Positions 26,681 to 36,344 of a stretch of 64,000 bases of DNA are shown piece by piece (within the stretch, counting starts at the first letter, position 1; each line of letters starts with the position of its first letter). The DNA comes from a virus, in the IMG/VR virus record IMGVR_UViG_3300027759_000079, positions 4,850-68,849 of that record. One strand, 5' to 3'. The position numbers were made by a program, and so were the translations under genes. The notes under the pieces were generated by a model that saw nothing but the letters and a program-made list of their open reading frames with translations, did no database searches and was not told the DNA's origin.

Positions 26681-26977
26681 TTAATCGTGAAAAGATTGTT
26701 TAACAATATCGTGAGGATATTCAGTTTTATTAATAGATTGAAGTTCATTCGCTCTAGTAATCATATAGTGATGAATAAAATGGCGTGTTTCCCAATCTAA
26801 TAGGCGACCTTCCTCTTGAGGAAGTCCTTGAAGAACTTCGTCAAGATTTAGGTCAAAGCTCAAGCACAAGGCTTGAATCTTACGATAAATGCCGATCTCT
26901 TTATACTTTAGTAGAGCAAAGGCAATATCGAGTTCAATCATATTGGCGTTTTCTAGTTTTTCGACGAGTGGGTTCAT
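26681..26977 (-). CDS. hypothetical protein
   Basis: 98 aa ORF. Confidence 0.55.
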   Translation of the reverse strand: MNPLVEKLENANMIELDIAFALLKYKEIGIYRKIQALCLSFDLNLDEVLQGLPQEEGRLLDWETRHFIHHYMITRANELQSINKTEYPHDIVKQSFHD

Positions 26978-26978
26978 G

Positions 26979-28079
26979 TTAGAACGACTCTACAATCGAC
27001 GCTTCAGCAGCGGTGATTCTTGTGTTATCGGACTTGAGAATACCTTCATTGGTATCATAGTCCAACTCAAAGATAATGTCAGCTAGTTCATCATAAGTAA
27101 CATCGTAATTTGAGAGAGCAGAGGTCATGATATAGTTCAGTGATGGATAAATACCTTTGTCGATATAGGTTGAGATAATAGCATCAACCTTTAGTTTGAT
27201 AGCTTCTTGACGCCAATCAATCTCGCTGGAGTTGTCTTTATCACAGTCGCAGTGACCGCAATCACTATCGCAATCATAATCATCGTCTTCGCTATCGTCT
27301 GTGCTATACACAGGCTCGTTGATCTCTTTGCGCTCTGGAGTAATATCAGAGTGAACTTTATACTTGCTCACGCGCAACTTTTGGAAAGAGCAGTCAGTTG
27401 GAACGCTAACAGCATCGGCAGGATTAACTTCGACGACGAGCAAGCGTCCAGTTGGGCCAGCCCAAGATGTAGCGTAATCAAAGCTACCAACGTGCAAGCC
27501 AAAGGAGCAGTGATTGTCTTTGTTGTCGTCAACAGAGCGGCGAGCAACTTCAATCGTTGAGCCAAGAGTGTTCAAGATATGACCTGACTCGTTCACTTTG
27601 CCTTGAACAACGACGGTATCTTTATTGCCGCTGCTGGAATAAAAATCATTTTTAACTCCTTTGTAAGCGAGGAAATTTCCTTCTGGCGTGATTGGAAGCG
27701 ACTTGTAGGACAAGAACGAATAGAGTTCGTTGACCGAGTTAGCCGAGACGTTAGACATGAGCTTGTCGATGAAGTTCAACAAAGGCTCGGCATCTTTAGC
27801 TCCAGCTTTCAACAGCTCAAGCAGTTTAGTGACAACGACGCCATTTAGTTTTTCTGTGCCGTAGAACACTTCACCATCGTTGACGCGCAACTTGCCGTGA
27901 GAGAAGTTGACGATCTTGTGCTCGATATTCACCAGAGCGGGAATATCGGCGTAATTCGCGTCGATCAAGGCTTTGCGTAAAGCAAAGAAGTTCGGGTTGG
28001 ACTTCTCGACGGTGTAAGGACGACCATTAACGAAAACGGTAATGGAATCATCGCGCATAATGTAGGCTGGCTTATTCAT
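26979..28079 (-). CDS. rIIB: rIIB-like protein
   Basis: LYSFL..LPITPEGNFLAYKGV, CSFGLHVG, VEVNPADAVSVP, KLRVSKYKV. Confidence 0.85.
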   Translation of the reverse strand: MNKPAYIMRDDSITVFVNGRPYTVEKSNPNFFALRKALIDANYADIPALVNIEHKIVNFSHGKLRVNDGEVFYGTEKLNGVVVTKLLELLKAGAKDAEPLLNFIDKLMSNVSANSVNELYSFLSYKSLPITPEGNFLAYKGVKNDFYSSSGNKDTVVVQGKVNESGHILNTLGSTIEVARRSVDDNKDNHCSFGLHVGSFDYATSWAGPTGRLLVVEVNPADAVSVPTDCSFQKLRVSKYKVHSDITPERKEINEPVYSTDDSEDDDYDCDSDCGHCDCDKDNSSEIDWRQEAIKLKVDAIISTYIDKGIYPSLNYIMTSALSNYDVTYDELADIIFELDYDTNEGILKSDNTRITAAEASIVESF

Positions 28080-28098
28080 ATTAGTAACTTAGTTTTGT

Positions 28099-30204
28099 TT
28101 AGTTTTGTTGTTTATCTATCAAGGAAATGTAATTAGCGAAATCTTTGATGGTTTTTTCGCCAAAATTGTAAGCATAGCTATTAGCAACTAACGATATAAG
28201 TGGGTACTTATTCATAAGAGCACTATGCTCGGCGTCAATTTTGCTTTTGTCAATAGTTTCTTTAACGAAAGTTTTGGTAATTTGAAATAATTCCATCATG
28301 TGTTTGTTATCGTTGTAGAAGCTAACGTCGGATTCACTGGCTTCCCCAAAGAACAGTTTCAAAGCATGATTTTTTTCGAGCACAGAGCTGATGTCTTTTA
28401 CATAAGAATTTCTGAATTTAGAGCTGCGATAATTGATCTCGTTGTTTTTAGAGATAGACTCACTATGTAATTTTAATTGTTTTTTAATGTAATCTTCAAC
28501 CAGAGTTGCGACATTGACCGCTTCATCGCTAATATCAGAATCATCGAAAACTCCATAAACAATATCTTGGTCAACGATCTTTAATTCATTGAGCATTGTA
28601 AATAACTCATAAGAGTTGTTTTGACCAAACGTTTGTTTAGAAATCTCACATACAGGACGCTTATCTTTATATTCTAGTTTAACATAATAGAACTTACCTT
28701 CATCTGGAAGATTTGCGCCCGCGATATATGGACGATGACTATAAGCACCTTTGTTATATACAGTGCGAGCTTCTGAAGCCTTAGCCGCATCAAGTTTCAG
28801 TTCTTGAGTAGTAGAAGAAAGGAAAACACGTTTGCAAGTAGTATATGTAGTTAAGAACGCTTTAGCTTGTTCTGGAGTGAATACAAACACGCAGAAACCT
28901 CTTTTGTCTGCGTTTTCAGAATTTCTCTGAATCCAACGAGCTTTAGCAAAAAGGTTTTTCTTGTTGTCCGCTATAAGAATACAATGATTGCTATTAGAAT
29001 AGAATACAGCAGGACTAGTTCCTTTTTTATCAACTTTATTAGCTGCTCGGAAATTATTGTTACGATTAACCCAATAAACAGTTTCAGCGTTATGAGCAAA
29101 GTTTGGCAGAACTTCGATCTTGTCACCATTAGCGGCGTTAAAGATCATTGGCATATCAGACGCGATATTCTGCAATACATAGTTATCGCTGACGCTATTA
29201 ACTTTAGACATAAACTGTTCTACGTCGTTAATATCATCGAGAGACTTTTGGAAAACCGCTCTGATCTCAGCCTCAAAGTTAGAGAAGAACAAAACGATAT
29301 TCTTTTTAGTGTGCTCGTTGTATTCTAAACTTTCTCTGGAGTGATGAAGCGAAAGCGCACCAACAGGAAAAAAGAAAACGAAGGATGAAGCAGCGTAAGA
29401 ATTTCTGAGAGAGTTATAGATTGGGAAGACCTTGAGCTTATCAGAGAGAATCTCAAGATTGAGTGGATAAGAGATGCCGCCCATAACAATCATTGGCCCA
29501 TCTTGGCGACGATGATAATAACCGCTTTTATTCTGCATCTGCAACACGCCCCAAGTGTGATTCTTCATCAACCACTCGTAAGAGAGTTCTTTATCGTCAA
29601 TGCCAGTGGCAACGAAAGGAGCGGACGAAAACTTTAATACTTTGTAGGCAGCTTCTGCGAACTTGGCAACGTCATCAACTTTGACTGCGACGGAAATCTC
29701 GACGCCGTTTGGCTCAGTGGTAGATTCTTCCGCGAGCTTGGTGAAGCGAGTGTCGCCGCCTTCGTCAACATAAACGGAGATGATAATCTTTTCGCCATCT
29801 TTGCAGGAAACAACGGTGAATGAGTCGGTATAAGACAAAGGAGAGAATCGACCAATACCGAAACCGCCGATAGCAGAGTTGTCGCCACGTTTGGAGGAGC
29901 GACCATACTTGGTGTAAAGACCAAACAACTCTTGTTCAGAGAGGCCAGTACCAAAATCACGCACAGAATAAGTAGAAGCGAGAGCAGTTGGAAAACTGAT
30001 CTTGATTGGCGTGCTGCTGTTAGCGGCGGCATTAGCGTCAACAGCGTTAGCCCAAGTTTCGCGCACAGTGGCGAGAATGGTATCGGAGTAATTGTTACGA
30101 AGCAGAGATGAAATGTAGCGCATTTCGCTCGCATCAATGGTAGCGATTTCAGATTTGAAATCGTGTGACTCAACAACGTTTTTCTGGATGGATTTAACAA
30201 TCAT
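28099..30204 (-). CDS. rIIA: rIIA-like protein (GHKL ATPase N-terminus)
   Basis: VRETWANAVDA, VRDFGTGLS, IGGFGIG, LHHSRESLEY; adjacent to rIIB. Confidence 0.85.
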   Translation of the reverse strand: MIVKSIQKNVVESHDFKSEIATIDASEMRYISSLLRNNYSDTILATVRETWANAVDANAAANSSTPIKISFPTALASTYSVRDFGTGLSEQELFGLYTKYGRSSKRGDNSAIGGFGIGRFSPLSYTDSFTVVSCKDGEKIIISVYVDEGGDTRFTKLAEESTTEPNGVEISVAVKVDDVAKFAEAAYKVLKFSSAPFVATGIDDKELSYEWLMKNHTWGVLQMQNKSGYYHRRQDGPMIVMGGISYPLNLEILSDKLKVFPIYNSLRNSYAASSFVFFFPVGALSLHHSRESLEYNEHTKKNIVLFFSNFEAEIRAVFQKSLDDINDVEQFMSKVNSVSDNYVLQNIASDMPMIFNAANGDKIEVLPNFAHNAETVYWVNRNNNFRAANKVDKKGTSPAVFYSNSNHCILIADNKKNLFAKARWIQRNSENADKRGFCVFVFTPEQAKAFLTTYTTCKRVFLSSTTQELKLDAAKASEARTVYNKGAYSHRPYIAGANLPDEGKFYYVKLEYKDKRPVCEISKQTFGQNNSYELFTMLNELKIVDQDIVYGVFDDSDISDEAVNVATLVEDYIKKQLKLHSESISKNNEINYRSSKFRNSYVKDISSVLEKNHALKLFFGEASESDVSFYNDNKHMMELFQITKTFVKETIDKSKIDAEHSALMNKYPLISLVANSYAYNFGEKTIKDFANYISLIDKQQN

Positions 30205-30238
30205 GTTAGCAATTTGGTTAGTAATTTAATCTGCAACC

Positions 30239-30266
30239 ACTCTACCACACTTTTCTTATCCGTCAA
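30239..30266 (-). promoter_or_regulatory. sigma70-like promoter of rIIA
   Basis: TTGACG-N16-TAGAGT with extended TG. Confidence 0.55.
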
Positions 30267-30511
30267 GTGGTTTTGATAACTTTTTTTAAGTTTTTTTGAG
30301 AAAGTTCCAAAGCCTTGTTTTCCAGCCACTTAACGTGCGAAGAATTTTCGCAGAAAACAGAAAGCACCGAATTTTTATCAGAAGTGTAGCTCGAAATCAC
30401 GAACTCAACGTGAAATTTGAACTGCTTCAAAAACTGATCTGAAACTTGCTCGTAAATCCCATAGACTTCCGAGAGGTTTTTAGAGGAAAAAATTTGGTGT
30501 TTGGTGTTCAT
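30263..30511 (-). CDS. hypothetical protein
   Basis: 82 aa ORF. Confidence 0.45.
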   Translation of the reverse strand: MNTKHQIFSSKNLSEVYGIYEQVSDQFLKQFKFHVEFVISSYTSDKNSVLSVFCENSSHVKWLENKALELSQKNLKKVIKTT

Positions 30512-30513
30512 TT

Positions 30514-30876
30514 TTAATTAGTTTTTAATCCGAATTTTGGGTCGTTCGCTTGCTGAATCATAGTAACGTAATCAATGAATTTTTCTAAGTGAATCCACAC
30601 TTTACCGTGCTGCTCTATCTCTTTATCGCTGAAACCTTGTGAGATCATATTCTCCATTTGATTTTTATTCAGCACCAAAAACTCCACCGTGTTCTTCCTG
30701 TAATTTGGACAGATGATCGAGTAAAGATGCTCGGTCTGAACTTCTACGCCAACGTATTTTTTTTCGCTGGCAGAATCTGCCAGAGGCATTGGTTCAGTTC
30801 TGAATCCGATTCGTGTTCTAAAAAGAAAATCAGTTGTTCTCTTTGCTACTAGGTCTATTTCTGTTTGTAGGTTCAT
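30514..30876 (-). CDS. hypothetical protein
   Basis: 120 aa, ATGA overlap with upstream gene. Confidence 0.55.
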   Translation of the reverse strand: MNLQTEIDLVAKRTTDFLFRTRIGFRTEPMPLADSASEKKYVGVEVQTEHLYSIICPNYRKNTVEFLVLNKNQMENMISQGFSDKEIEQHGKVWIHLEKFIDYVTMIQQANDPKFGLKTN

Positions 30877-31778
30877 AAGTGATACTCTAAATTTAAAAGT
30901 TTGAAAATAGCTTTGTCTTTACCCTTGAGTTCCACGTCGAAGAAAACGTCTTTGCCGTAAGCGTTGGGCTTGCCAATCGGCATATCAGCGTGCTTGCGCG
31001 TGTCATTGACGCCCTCGGAAAAGTGGAATAAAGGAGCGGTGTTCCAAGTAGAATAAGCGAGATTGAAATCTTCTTCGTCGGTGGTGCCAGAGTTGCAAAA
31101 TTCACGATGGAGAGAGTCGTAGGTTACAGGGATTCCGCTAGTGAGGAAAAAATGTCTGTGCAAGTTAGCGATGTTCCATGAGCCAGCAACGTTGTCGTTG
31201 ACTTCGACGACTAGACGCGACTTTACGTTGCGAGGTAGAGTATCGTAATTGGCGAGAAAGCGTTGGGAGATTTCTTCGCAGTCGCCATCTTGACGACAAT
31301 GAATGTTGAGCGGCGAGCGATAGTCTTGAGGCAAGTCAAGCATATCAAATAGTTCGGCATGAGAAATTAAGTCGCGCACACTGTTCCTGATTGCGTCAGG
31401 ATTTTGGCTAGTGAGCGTGATGTATTCGGAAGGATGAGCGGAAATTCTGACGCCACTAGCTTTGATCTCGTTGGCGATTCTACGCAGAGCGTCACGCATA
31501 TCAGGCCAATCAGGTAAGTCTTGCAGACGAAGATTAACGTCAGGATGATTGATAACAGGCGTCAAACTAGAGGACAAACGATAGCCAGCAATGCCGTAGC
31601 TGTGGCAATGCTTGATGATTTGATGCGTGATGAAAAAATTATGGAGGATGCGTTTGCTAAGAACGCGAACAGCATCGGCTCGATTTAGAGAAAGGAATCG
31701 AGTGAGAGTCATAGTCTCAAACTTGAAGCCTTTGTGCTCGGCAAGGATTTCGGATATGCAACAGAGAGATAGTTTCAT
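30873..31778 (-). CDS. uvsE: UV damage endonuclease (UvsE/UVDE)
   Basis: YRLSS, RISAHP, LNIH, RLVVEVND, PVTYDSLH, PLFHFSE, RKHAD, VELKGKDKA. Confidence 0.9.
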   Translation of the reverse strand: MKLSLCCISEILAEHKGFKFETMTLTRFLSLNRADAVRVLSKRILHNFFITHQIIKHCHSYGIAGYRLSSSLTPVINHPDVNLRLQDLPDWPDMRDALRRIANEIKASGVRISAHPSEYITLTSQNPDAIRNSVRDLISHAELFDMLDLPQDYRSPLNIHCRQDGDCEEISQRFLANYDTLPRNVKSRLVVEVNDNVAGSWNIANLHRHFFLTSGIPVTYDSLHREFCNSGTTDEEDFNLAYSTWNTAPLFHFSEGVNDTRKHADMPIGKPNAYGKDVFFDVELKGKDKAIFKLLNLEYHL

Positions 31779-31820
31779 GTAAGAGAGCTAGATCATAAAC
31801 CGTCTAGCTTGTCAATGGTT

Positions 31821-32324
31821 TTACTGGTCGAGATTGAACTTTTGCAGCTTACCAATCTGCAAATTTAAACAGTCTGCTGGATAGTAATAGAGCTTGTGAG
31901 CAGGAGAAGATTCATCCAGTTCTCCTTTTTTACAGTTCAAAGATTGATTTAAAAATGATTTTTTATTCATGTAACCAAGAATCCAGCCTTTTGAATAGTC
32001 TTTAAGAATACTGGTGAATAAGTAGTAATCGCAGTTCTGTAAGGTGTTGAACTGATAAACTGTGCAGTTGTAAGAAGGTTTAGGTCTAACTGTGCGTTCT
32101 TTGGCTTTGATTTCAAAACGTTTTCCTTTGTTTGATCGCCAATCAGAGTTATAGTCTTCGTGAGAGATGATCTCGCCGCCGAGAGCTTCCTGAACCATTA
32201 AGTCAGAGATCATGGCGATTTTCCAGCCATCGCCGTCTCGGATGGAGTTTTTTAATTTTGGCTTATCTTCCGCTAATTCTAATGCGGTGGCGACTAGCTG
32301 CGGGTGTAGGTCTATTTCTATCAT
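31821..32324 (-). CDS. hypothetical protein, PD-(D/E)xK-like
   Basis: D..FEIKAK, CDYYLF, GWILGY pattern. Confidence 0.45.
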   Translation of the reverse strand: MIEIDLHPQLVATALELAEDKPKLKNSIRDGDGWKIAMISDLMVQEALGGEIISHEDYNSDWRSNKGKRFEIKAKERTVRPKPSYNCTVYQFNTLQNCDYYLFTSILKDYSKGWILGYMNKKSFLNQSLNCKKGELDESSPAHKLYYYPADCLNLQIGKLQKFNLDQ

Positions 32325-32430
32325 TTATTTGTCCTAAAAGTGTTCATGTTTGATTTTATTTGGCCGCAAAACGTTCATGTTTGGTTCTAATGTATATATT
32401 ATTTGCGATTTTTTGATTCGTGTTTGAAAC

Positions 32431-32505
32431 TGGAGCGACAGGTGGGGGTCGAACCCACGACAGCTTGTTTGGAAAACAAGGACTCTACCACTGAGCTACT
32501 ATCGC
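32431..32505 (-). tRNA. tRNA-Gly(TCC)
   Basis: Loop TTTCCAA, GGTTCGACCCC, CCA. Confidence 0.93.
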
Positions 32506-32514
32506 TAAAATTGA

Positions 32515-32895
32515 ATCCCCTACCATGCGCCTAGTAACCTTTCGGTTAACACGGATAGAACCCGACATTCAATGCAGGTAGGGAAATTGCACACAGCCAT
32601 TATTGTCATTGATGTTACTCAAGAGGACTACTGTGTATGTTAAAATAGAACATCCATCCATAGCGTCCTATGGAATCACCTGTTAGTTCAGGCTGAATAC
32701 GTTTCGTAGCGTTATGATAGGCATTAATAGTCAGGGACTACTAAGAATTATGCGTCAATAACACCGTGCTCGATAGAGGCATTTCGGATGAAGTTGGTTC
32801 CTCCTGCTGTATAAGTCCACCGAGAATTCTCAGCAGTTTAATGCACTTATACACGCTATATTTATTATAGCGGATGCAACACACAGAAAGGAAGA
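32515..32895 (-). ncRNA. candidate cluster of four structured non-coding RNA units
   Basis: No ORF in track; four consecutive segments each closed by terminal stems, most with internal hairpins (see findings). Confidence 0.5.
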
Positions 32896-32947
32896 TGGGA
32901 AAGAACAAAAAAGAACCTGCTTATTTTACATTAAATGTCAAGTGTTT

Positions 32948-33328
32948 CTAATCTGTTTCTTGAAATTGTTTCCTCCATTCATCATACTTAATCTTAGCGG
33001 CGTCAATAGCTGGTCGAATACCTTTTGCGCCGTTACTAAACTCAATCCATTCATAGCAACCGCGATTCTCTTTCTCTACGCTAATTCCAATTTGAAATGG
33101 AAGATTGAAATATGTTTCATCAGTATCATCAGGATGATCTTCAACGGTATAATAAGGTACGGAGCTTATACTTGTGCCTCCATTTTGAAGAAATCTTTCT
33201 AACCAATTTAGGCGACTTTCTGCTTTATCTAAATTTTCAAACGCTTGCTTGAGTTGCTTTTCAAGCATAATCATTTTTTCTTGGTTGTTCATAAAGATGC
33301 TATCCTTGCAGTTTTGTTTAGGTTTCAT
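32948..33328 (-). CDS. hypothetical protein
   Basis: 126 aa; RLNWLE...IRPAIDAA motif. Confidence 0.55.
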   Translation of the reverse strand: MKPKQNCKDSIFMNNQEKMIMLEKQLKQAFENLDKAESRLNWLERFLQNGGTSISSVPYYTVEDHPDDTDETYFNLPFQIGISVEKENRGCYEWIEFSNGAKGIRPAIDAAKIKYDEWRKQFQETD

Positions 33329-33464
33329 ACAAATCTGATATGTTTACAAAGCCATACAATTCCATATACTATGCCGACATTTACAGTAATAACGCCGATC
33401 ATAAAAAAGAAAATGACTAGTTTAACAAACCAATCTGGAGCGCGTGGAAGATTATCGAACATAA

Positions 33465-33953
33465 TTAAACGTATCCTTGTTCATCAACTATTGCCATAAG
33501 AATCTTCTCTGCGTTCTCTTGAAAAGATGGATAAGCTAATGTGTTAAATGATTCACCGTGTTTAGCTATAAACTTATCCCAGTCCTTTTTTTCTTCAAGA
33601 GTGAGAGGATTTTTTTTAGGACGAGCTTCTGACGCTTTACGAATAATATCAATAAGTTTATCTTCAATCAAACGAGCAGCAGCAGTAAGCGGTGCTTTGT
33701 CTGGATAAATTTGCTGGCGAATAGAGGTACATCCTTTATCAATCTTAATAAGCCAGAAGCCTTCACGGAGACCATCGTAGGCATAGGGATCGTTTACAGG
33801 AACGAATTTCTTACCTACCTTACGGTAAACCCGTTGGTCTTCTTTAGCAGCAGCCCGTGCGGTTACATTATTAGTATCAAACTCATAGTTAAGCTGATCC
33901 CGTAAACGGCGACATTCGTTCTGATAGTATTCTAAATCTTTGTTCTTTTTCAT
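33465..33953 (-). CDS. hypothetical protein
   Basis: 162 aa ORF. Confidence 0.6.
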   Translation of the reverse strand: MKKNKDLEYYQNECRRLRDQLNYEFDTNNVTARAAAKEDQRVYRKVGKKFVPVNDPYAYDGLREGFWLIKIDKGCTSIRQQIYPDKAPLTAAARLIEDKLIDIIRKASEARPKKNPLTLEEKKDWDKFIAKHGESFNTLAYPSFQENAEKILMAIVDEQGYV

Positions 33954-33959
33954 AGTTTT

Positions 33960-34253
33960 TTATAGTAATGCAGCAGCGCGAAATGTTAATGGTTTGCCTT
34001 TTTTAATTTCAAACGAAAATGGCTCTACTGGTTGACAATGATCGAAACGTTTAATGAATTTCCGCGCTTCTTTGGGTAATTCATATCTATCGCGTTTATC
34101 ATCAGGACGATAAACTATATAACTTGTGCAAACGTAGGAATCACAGTCGTTATTATTTTTAACGGCACGCTTAAAAGCATGAGCGATAGGACAATAATAA
34201 CAACTTGATCGAAGGCCTTTGTCAATATCTTTTTGTGTAACTTTAATTTTCAT
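33960..34253 (-). CDS. hypothetical phage protein
   Basis: MKIKVTQKDIDKG...CPIAHA...FIKRFD...VEPFSF. Confidence 0.65.
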   Translation of the reverse strand: MKIKVTQKDIDKGLRSSCYYCPIAHAFKRAVKNNNDCDSYVCTSYIVYRPDDKRDRYELPKEARKFIKRFDHCQPVEPFSFEIKKGKPLTFRAAALL

Positions 34254-34471
34254 TTTAAGTTTCCGCCGTAATAATCAAATGTTTTCTCAATAGCATCTAA
34301 AATGATAACGAGTTCGCCCAATTCGTGATGTTGATAATACTCAAGTTTCTTTTTCTTTTTGAGTTTAACTATATCTTCACGAATGTACAAGATGCTTTGT
34401 TTTAGAGAGCATCGTGTAATACCATCGGCTGTATCTGGATCAATTTCTACTTTCATATTAGTATTTTTCAT
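34250..34471 (-). CDS. hypothetical protein
   Basis: 73 aa, ATGA overlap. Confidence 0.55.
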   Translation of the reverse strand: MKNTNMKVEIDPDTADGITRCSLKQSILYIREDIVKLKKKKKLEYYQHHELGELVIILDAIEKTFDYYGGNLK

Positions 34472-34472
34472 G

Positions 34473-34787
34473 TTATTTCAGTAAACTCATTTTTATGCCT
34501 AAAGCATCTGCACAAGAAAATTGATCACCTTTTTCAAAACTAAGTTGATTGAGTTTAAATGGTTTCAAGACTGTATCTCCGTTCCAATACAAAGCTTGAA
34601 TTGAGATATATCCAAGTTTATTGAGTTTATTACGGAGCTTTGTAAATTCAGGATGATCTTTGACTCCTACCGAGTTTCCTTGAAGGACGATTTTACCAGA
34701 AAGATCGTGAAGAATCGCATACTTAATATCTTGTACAGAACAGAAGTATTCGTTCTTTAGTTTAAACTGTTTGATTGGGGTTTTCAT
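34473..34787 (-). CDS. hypothetical protein
   Basis: 104 aa ORF. Confidence 0.55.
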   Translation of the reverse strand: MKTPIKQFKLKNEYFCSVQDIKYAILHDLSGKIVLQGNSVGVKDHPEFTKLRNKLNKLGYISIQALYWNGDTVLKPFKLNQLSFEKGDQFSCADALGIKMSLLK

Positions 34788-35379
34788 ATTTTGGAATCTC
34801 TGACCAAGGAACGTAATTTTGATCGAAAAAAGCAGTCTTAGCGTGTTCTTTATTTAAAGTCTTTAACCATCCATTCCGAGTACCTCCTGTTGCGTGCAGT
34901 TCACCAGATTGACCAGTTTCTTCGCAGGTTCTGCCAGAAGCAGTCTCTGCAAAGTGAACGATACCATTAATGTAGTCCGAATAACGATCAATAATCCTTT
35001 GAAGATCAGGATACTTTCCAGTTTGAATAAGAGACATGACTTCTTCACTATACTCTTCACGATAGTAAAAACGAAGTGTGCCGTATTTCTCTTTGACCTG
35101 AGTAGCGATTATTTGTGGAGGCTCCACACTAAAGTAATAACCGTCTTCAGCTTGCCATTTGTATGGTTTGATGCCAAGACGTTTGCCATCTTCCTCATCT
35201 ACTTGGACGCTTGTAGAGTAAGTATAGGTGAGAGCTTCGCACAGTACGTCGATAAGATTATACCATCCATCGCCCACTTCAAGCCCCCAACACATACAAG
35301 TTTCGGTCATAGGTTTAGTACGATCACCAAACATTTTAGGGTATTTATCAAAGATTTTTTTTTGTAGTTCTGAGTTCAT
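34762..35379 (-). CDS. conserved hypothetical phage protein
   Basis: GDGWYNLI...QVKEKYGTLRFY...SGRTCEETG...GWLKTL. Confidence 0.7.
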   Translation of the reverse strand: MNSELQKKIFDKYPKMFGDRTKPMTETCMCWGLEVGDGWYNLIDVLCEALTYTYSTSVQVDEEDGKRLGIKPYKWQAEDGYYFSVEPPQIIATQVKEKYGTLRFYYREEYSEEVMSLIQTGKYPDLQRIIDRYSDYINGIVHFAETASGRTCEETGQSGELHATGGTRNGWLKTLNKEHAKTAFFDQNYVPWSEIPKYENPNQTV

Positions 35380-35381
35380 AA

Positions 35382-35594
35382 TTATTCCTCAACTTTATCA
35401 AGAGCGCATCTTGCTTCGGTACGAATCGCCTGTGCAAGCTCTTCTATGGTTTTATAACGACTATCGCCATGCTTCAACAGATTGCGAAGCATATTGTCAA
35501 TTTCATATAACGCCATCCAAGCATCATTAGCTTGAGCAGCGCGCATATACTCATAAGTCTCTTCTGGTAATTTATATTCTAGTGTTGCTTTCAT
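35382..35594 (-). CDS. hypothetical phage protein
   Basis: MKATLEYKLPEE start. Confidence 0.6.
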   Translation of the reverse strand: MKATLEYKLPEETYEYMRAAQANDAWMALYEIDNMLRNLLKHGDSRYKTIEELAQAIRTEARCALDKVEE

Positions 35595-35608
35595 AAGTTA
35601 ATTTATAA

Positions 35609-36007
35609 TTATTCAAAAGCGAATTTGTGAAATGATTCTGGTAAGATAACGTTAGCAGGAATTTCTTTTCCTTTAAATAAAGCGGCAACATCTTCAACGC
35701 TGTATCCAGCAAGACCGCAACCAATCTTAGTTACCAAGAACTCAAGTTGAGGAAAGCAGTTAGCTGTTCCTAAAAACAAGTCGATTTGATATTCAATATC
35801 AGTAAGTACCAAAGTAATGATTTGATGATCTTTGGTTGGCAAAGCATAAGATTGACCATAAAGACCAACGCCTTTCCCCCAAACCGCGCCGAATTTCTTG
35901 TGAGCAAGAGCAGCAGCTCCTGCACCATGAATTCCAGCAAAGTTGCTGCCAAACACGAAGATTTGATGAGGCTCAAGAGAAGTAATATTTTCGGGTGTGA
36001 ATTTCAT
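35609..36007 (-). CDS. Macro-domain-related phage protein (IFVFGSN family)
   Basis: IFVFGSNFAGIHGAGAA, SYALPT, VTKIGCGLAG. Confidence 0.7.
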   Translation of the reverse strand: MKFTPENITSLEPHQIFVFGSNFAGIHGAGAAALAHKKFGAVWGKGVGLYGQSYALPTKDHQIITLVLTDIEYQIDLFLGTANCFPQLEFLVTKIGCGLAGYSVEDVAALFKGKEIPANVILPESFHKFAFE

Positions 36008-36092
36008 TTACAAGAGAGATATCAAAGTGATTTTGGCGGGTATGTCAAGCGTTTTTGGGATTTTTTTTGAAAAAAGTGTAAAATAAATTACA

Positions 36093-36344
36093 ATGGAGAT
36101 TTCTCCTGTCAATTCCATTTCTTTTGGGCCATCTGTTAAAGATGTCGCTTCGCTCTACGCGAAAAACTCGCCTGTCGCTCTAGTTTCTCCTCAGAGAATC
36201 GAACCTAATGGAATAGATCAGGAAGAGCTTTATGATTTAAAAAAGCTTTTAATTCAAGCTATCGACAGTATGAATTTTAATTTAGCTATACAAGTTCTTG
36301 ACAAGATCATCAAGATGCACAAAGATGCTGGCGCAATTTCTTGA
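36093..36344 (+). CDS. hypothetical protein convergent on cyclase
   Basis: 83 aa, preceded by GTGTAA motif at 36076. Confidence 0.55.
   Translation: MEISPVNSISFGPSVKDVASLYAKNSPVALVSPQRIEPNGIDQEELYDLKKLLIQAIDSMNFNLAIQVLDKIIKMHKDAGAIS

Noticed and set aside
29634-30200. 188-aa alternate-frame ORF inside rIIA
   Set aside because: Ser/Leu/Pro-rich off-frame shadow with no motif or start signal
32515-32895. tmRNA, RNase P RNA or group I intron
   Set aside because: No tRNA-Ala-like ends, no GAGGAAAGUCC-type P4 motif, no interrupted host gene
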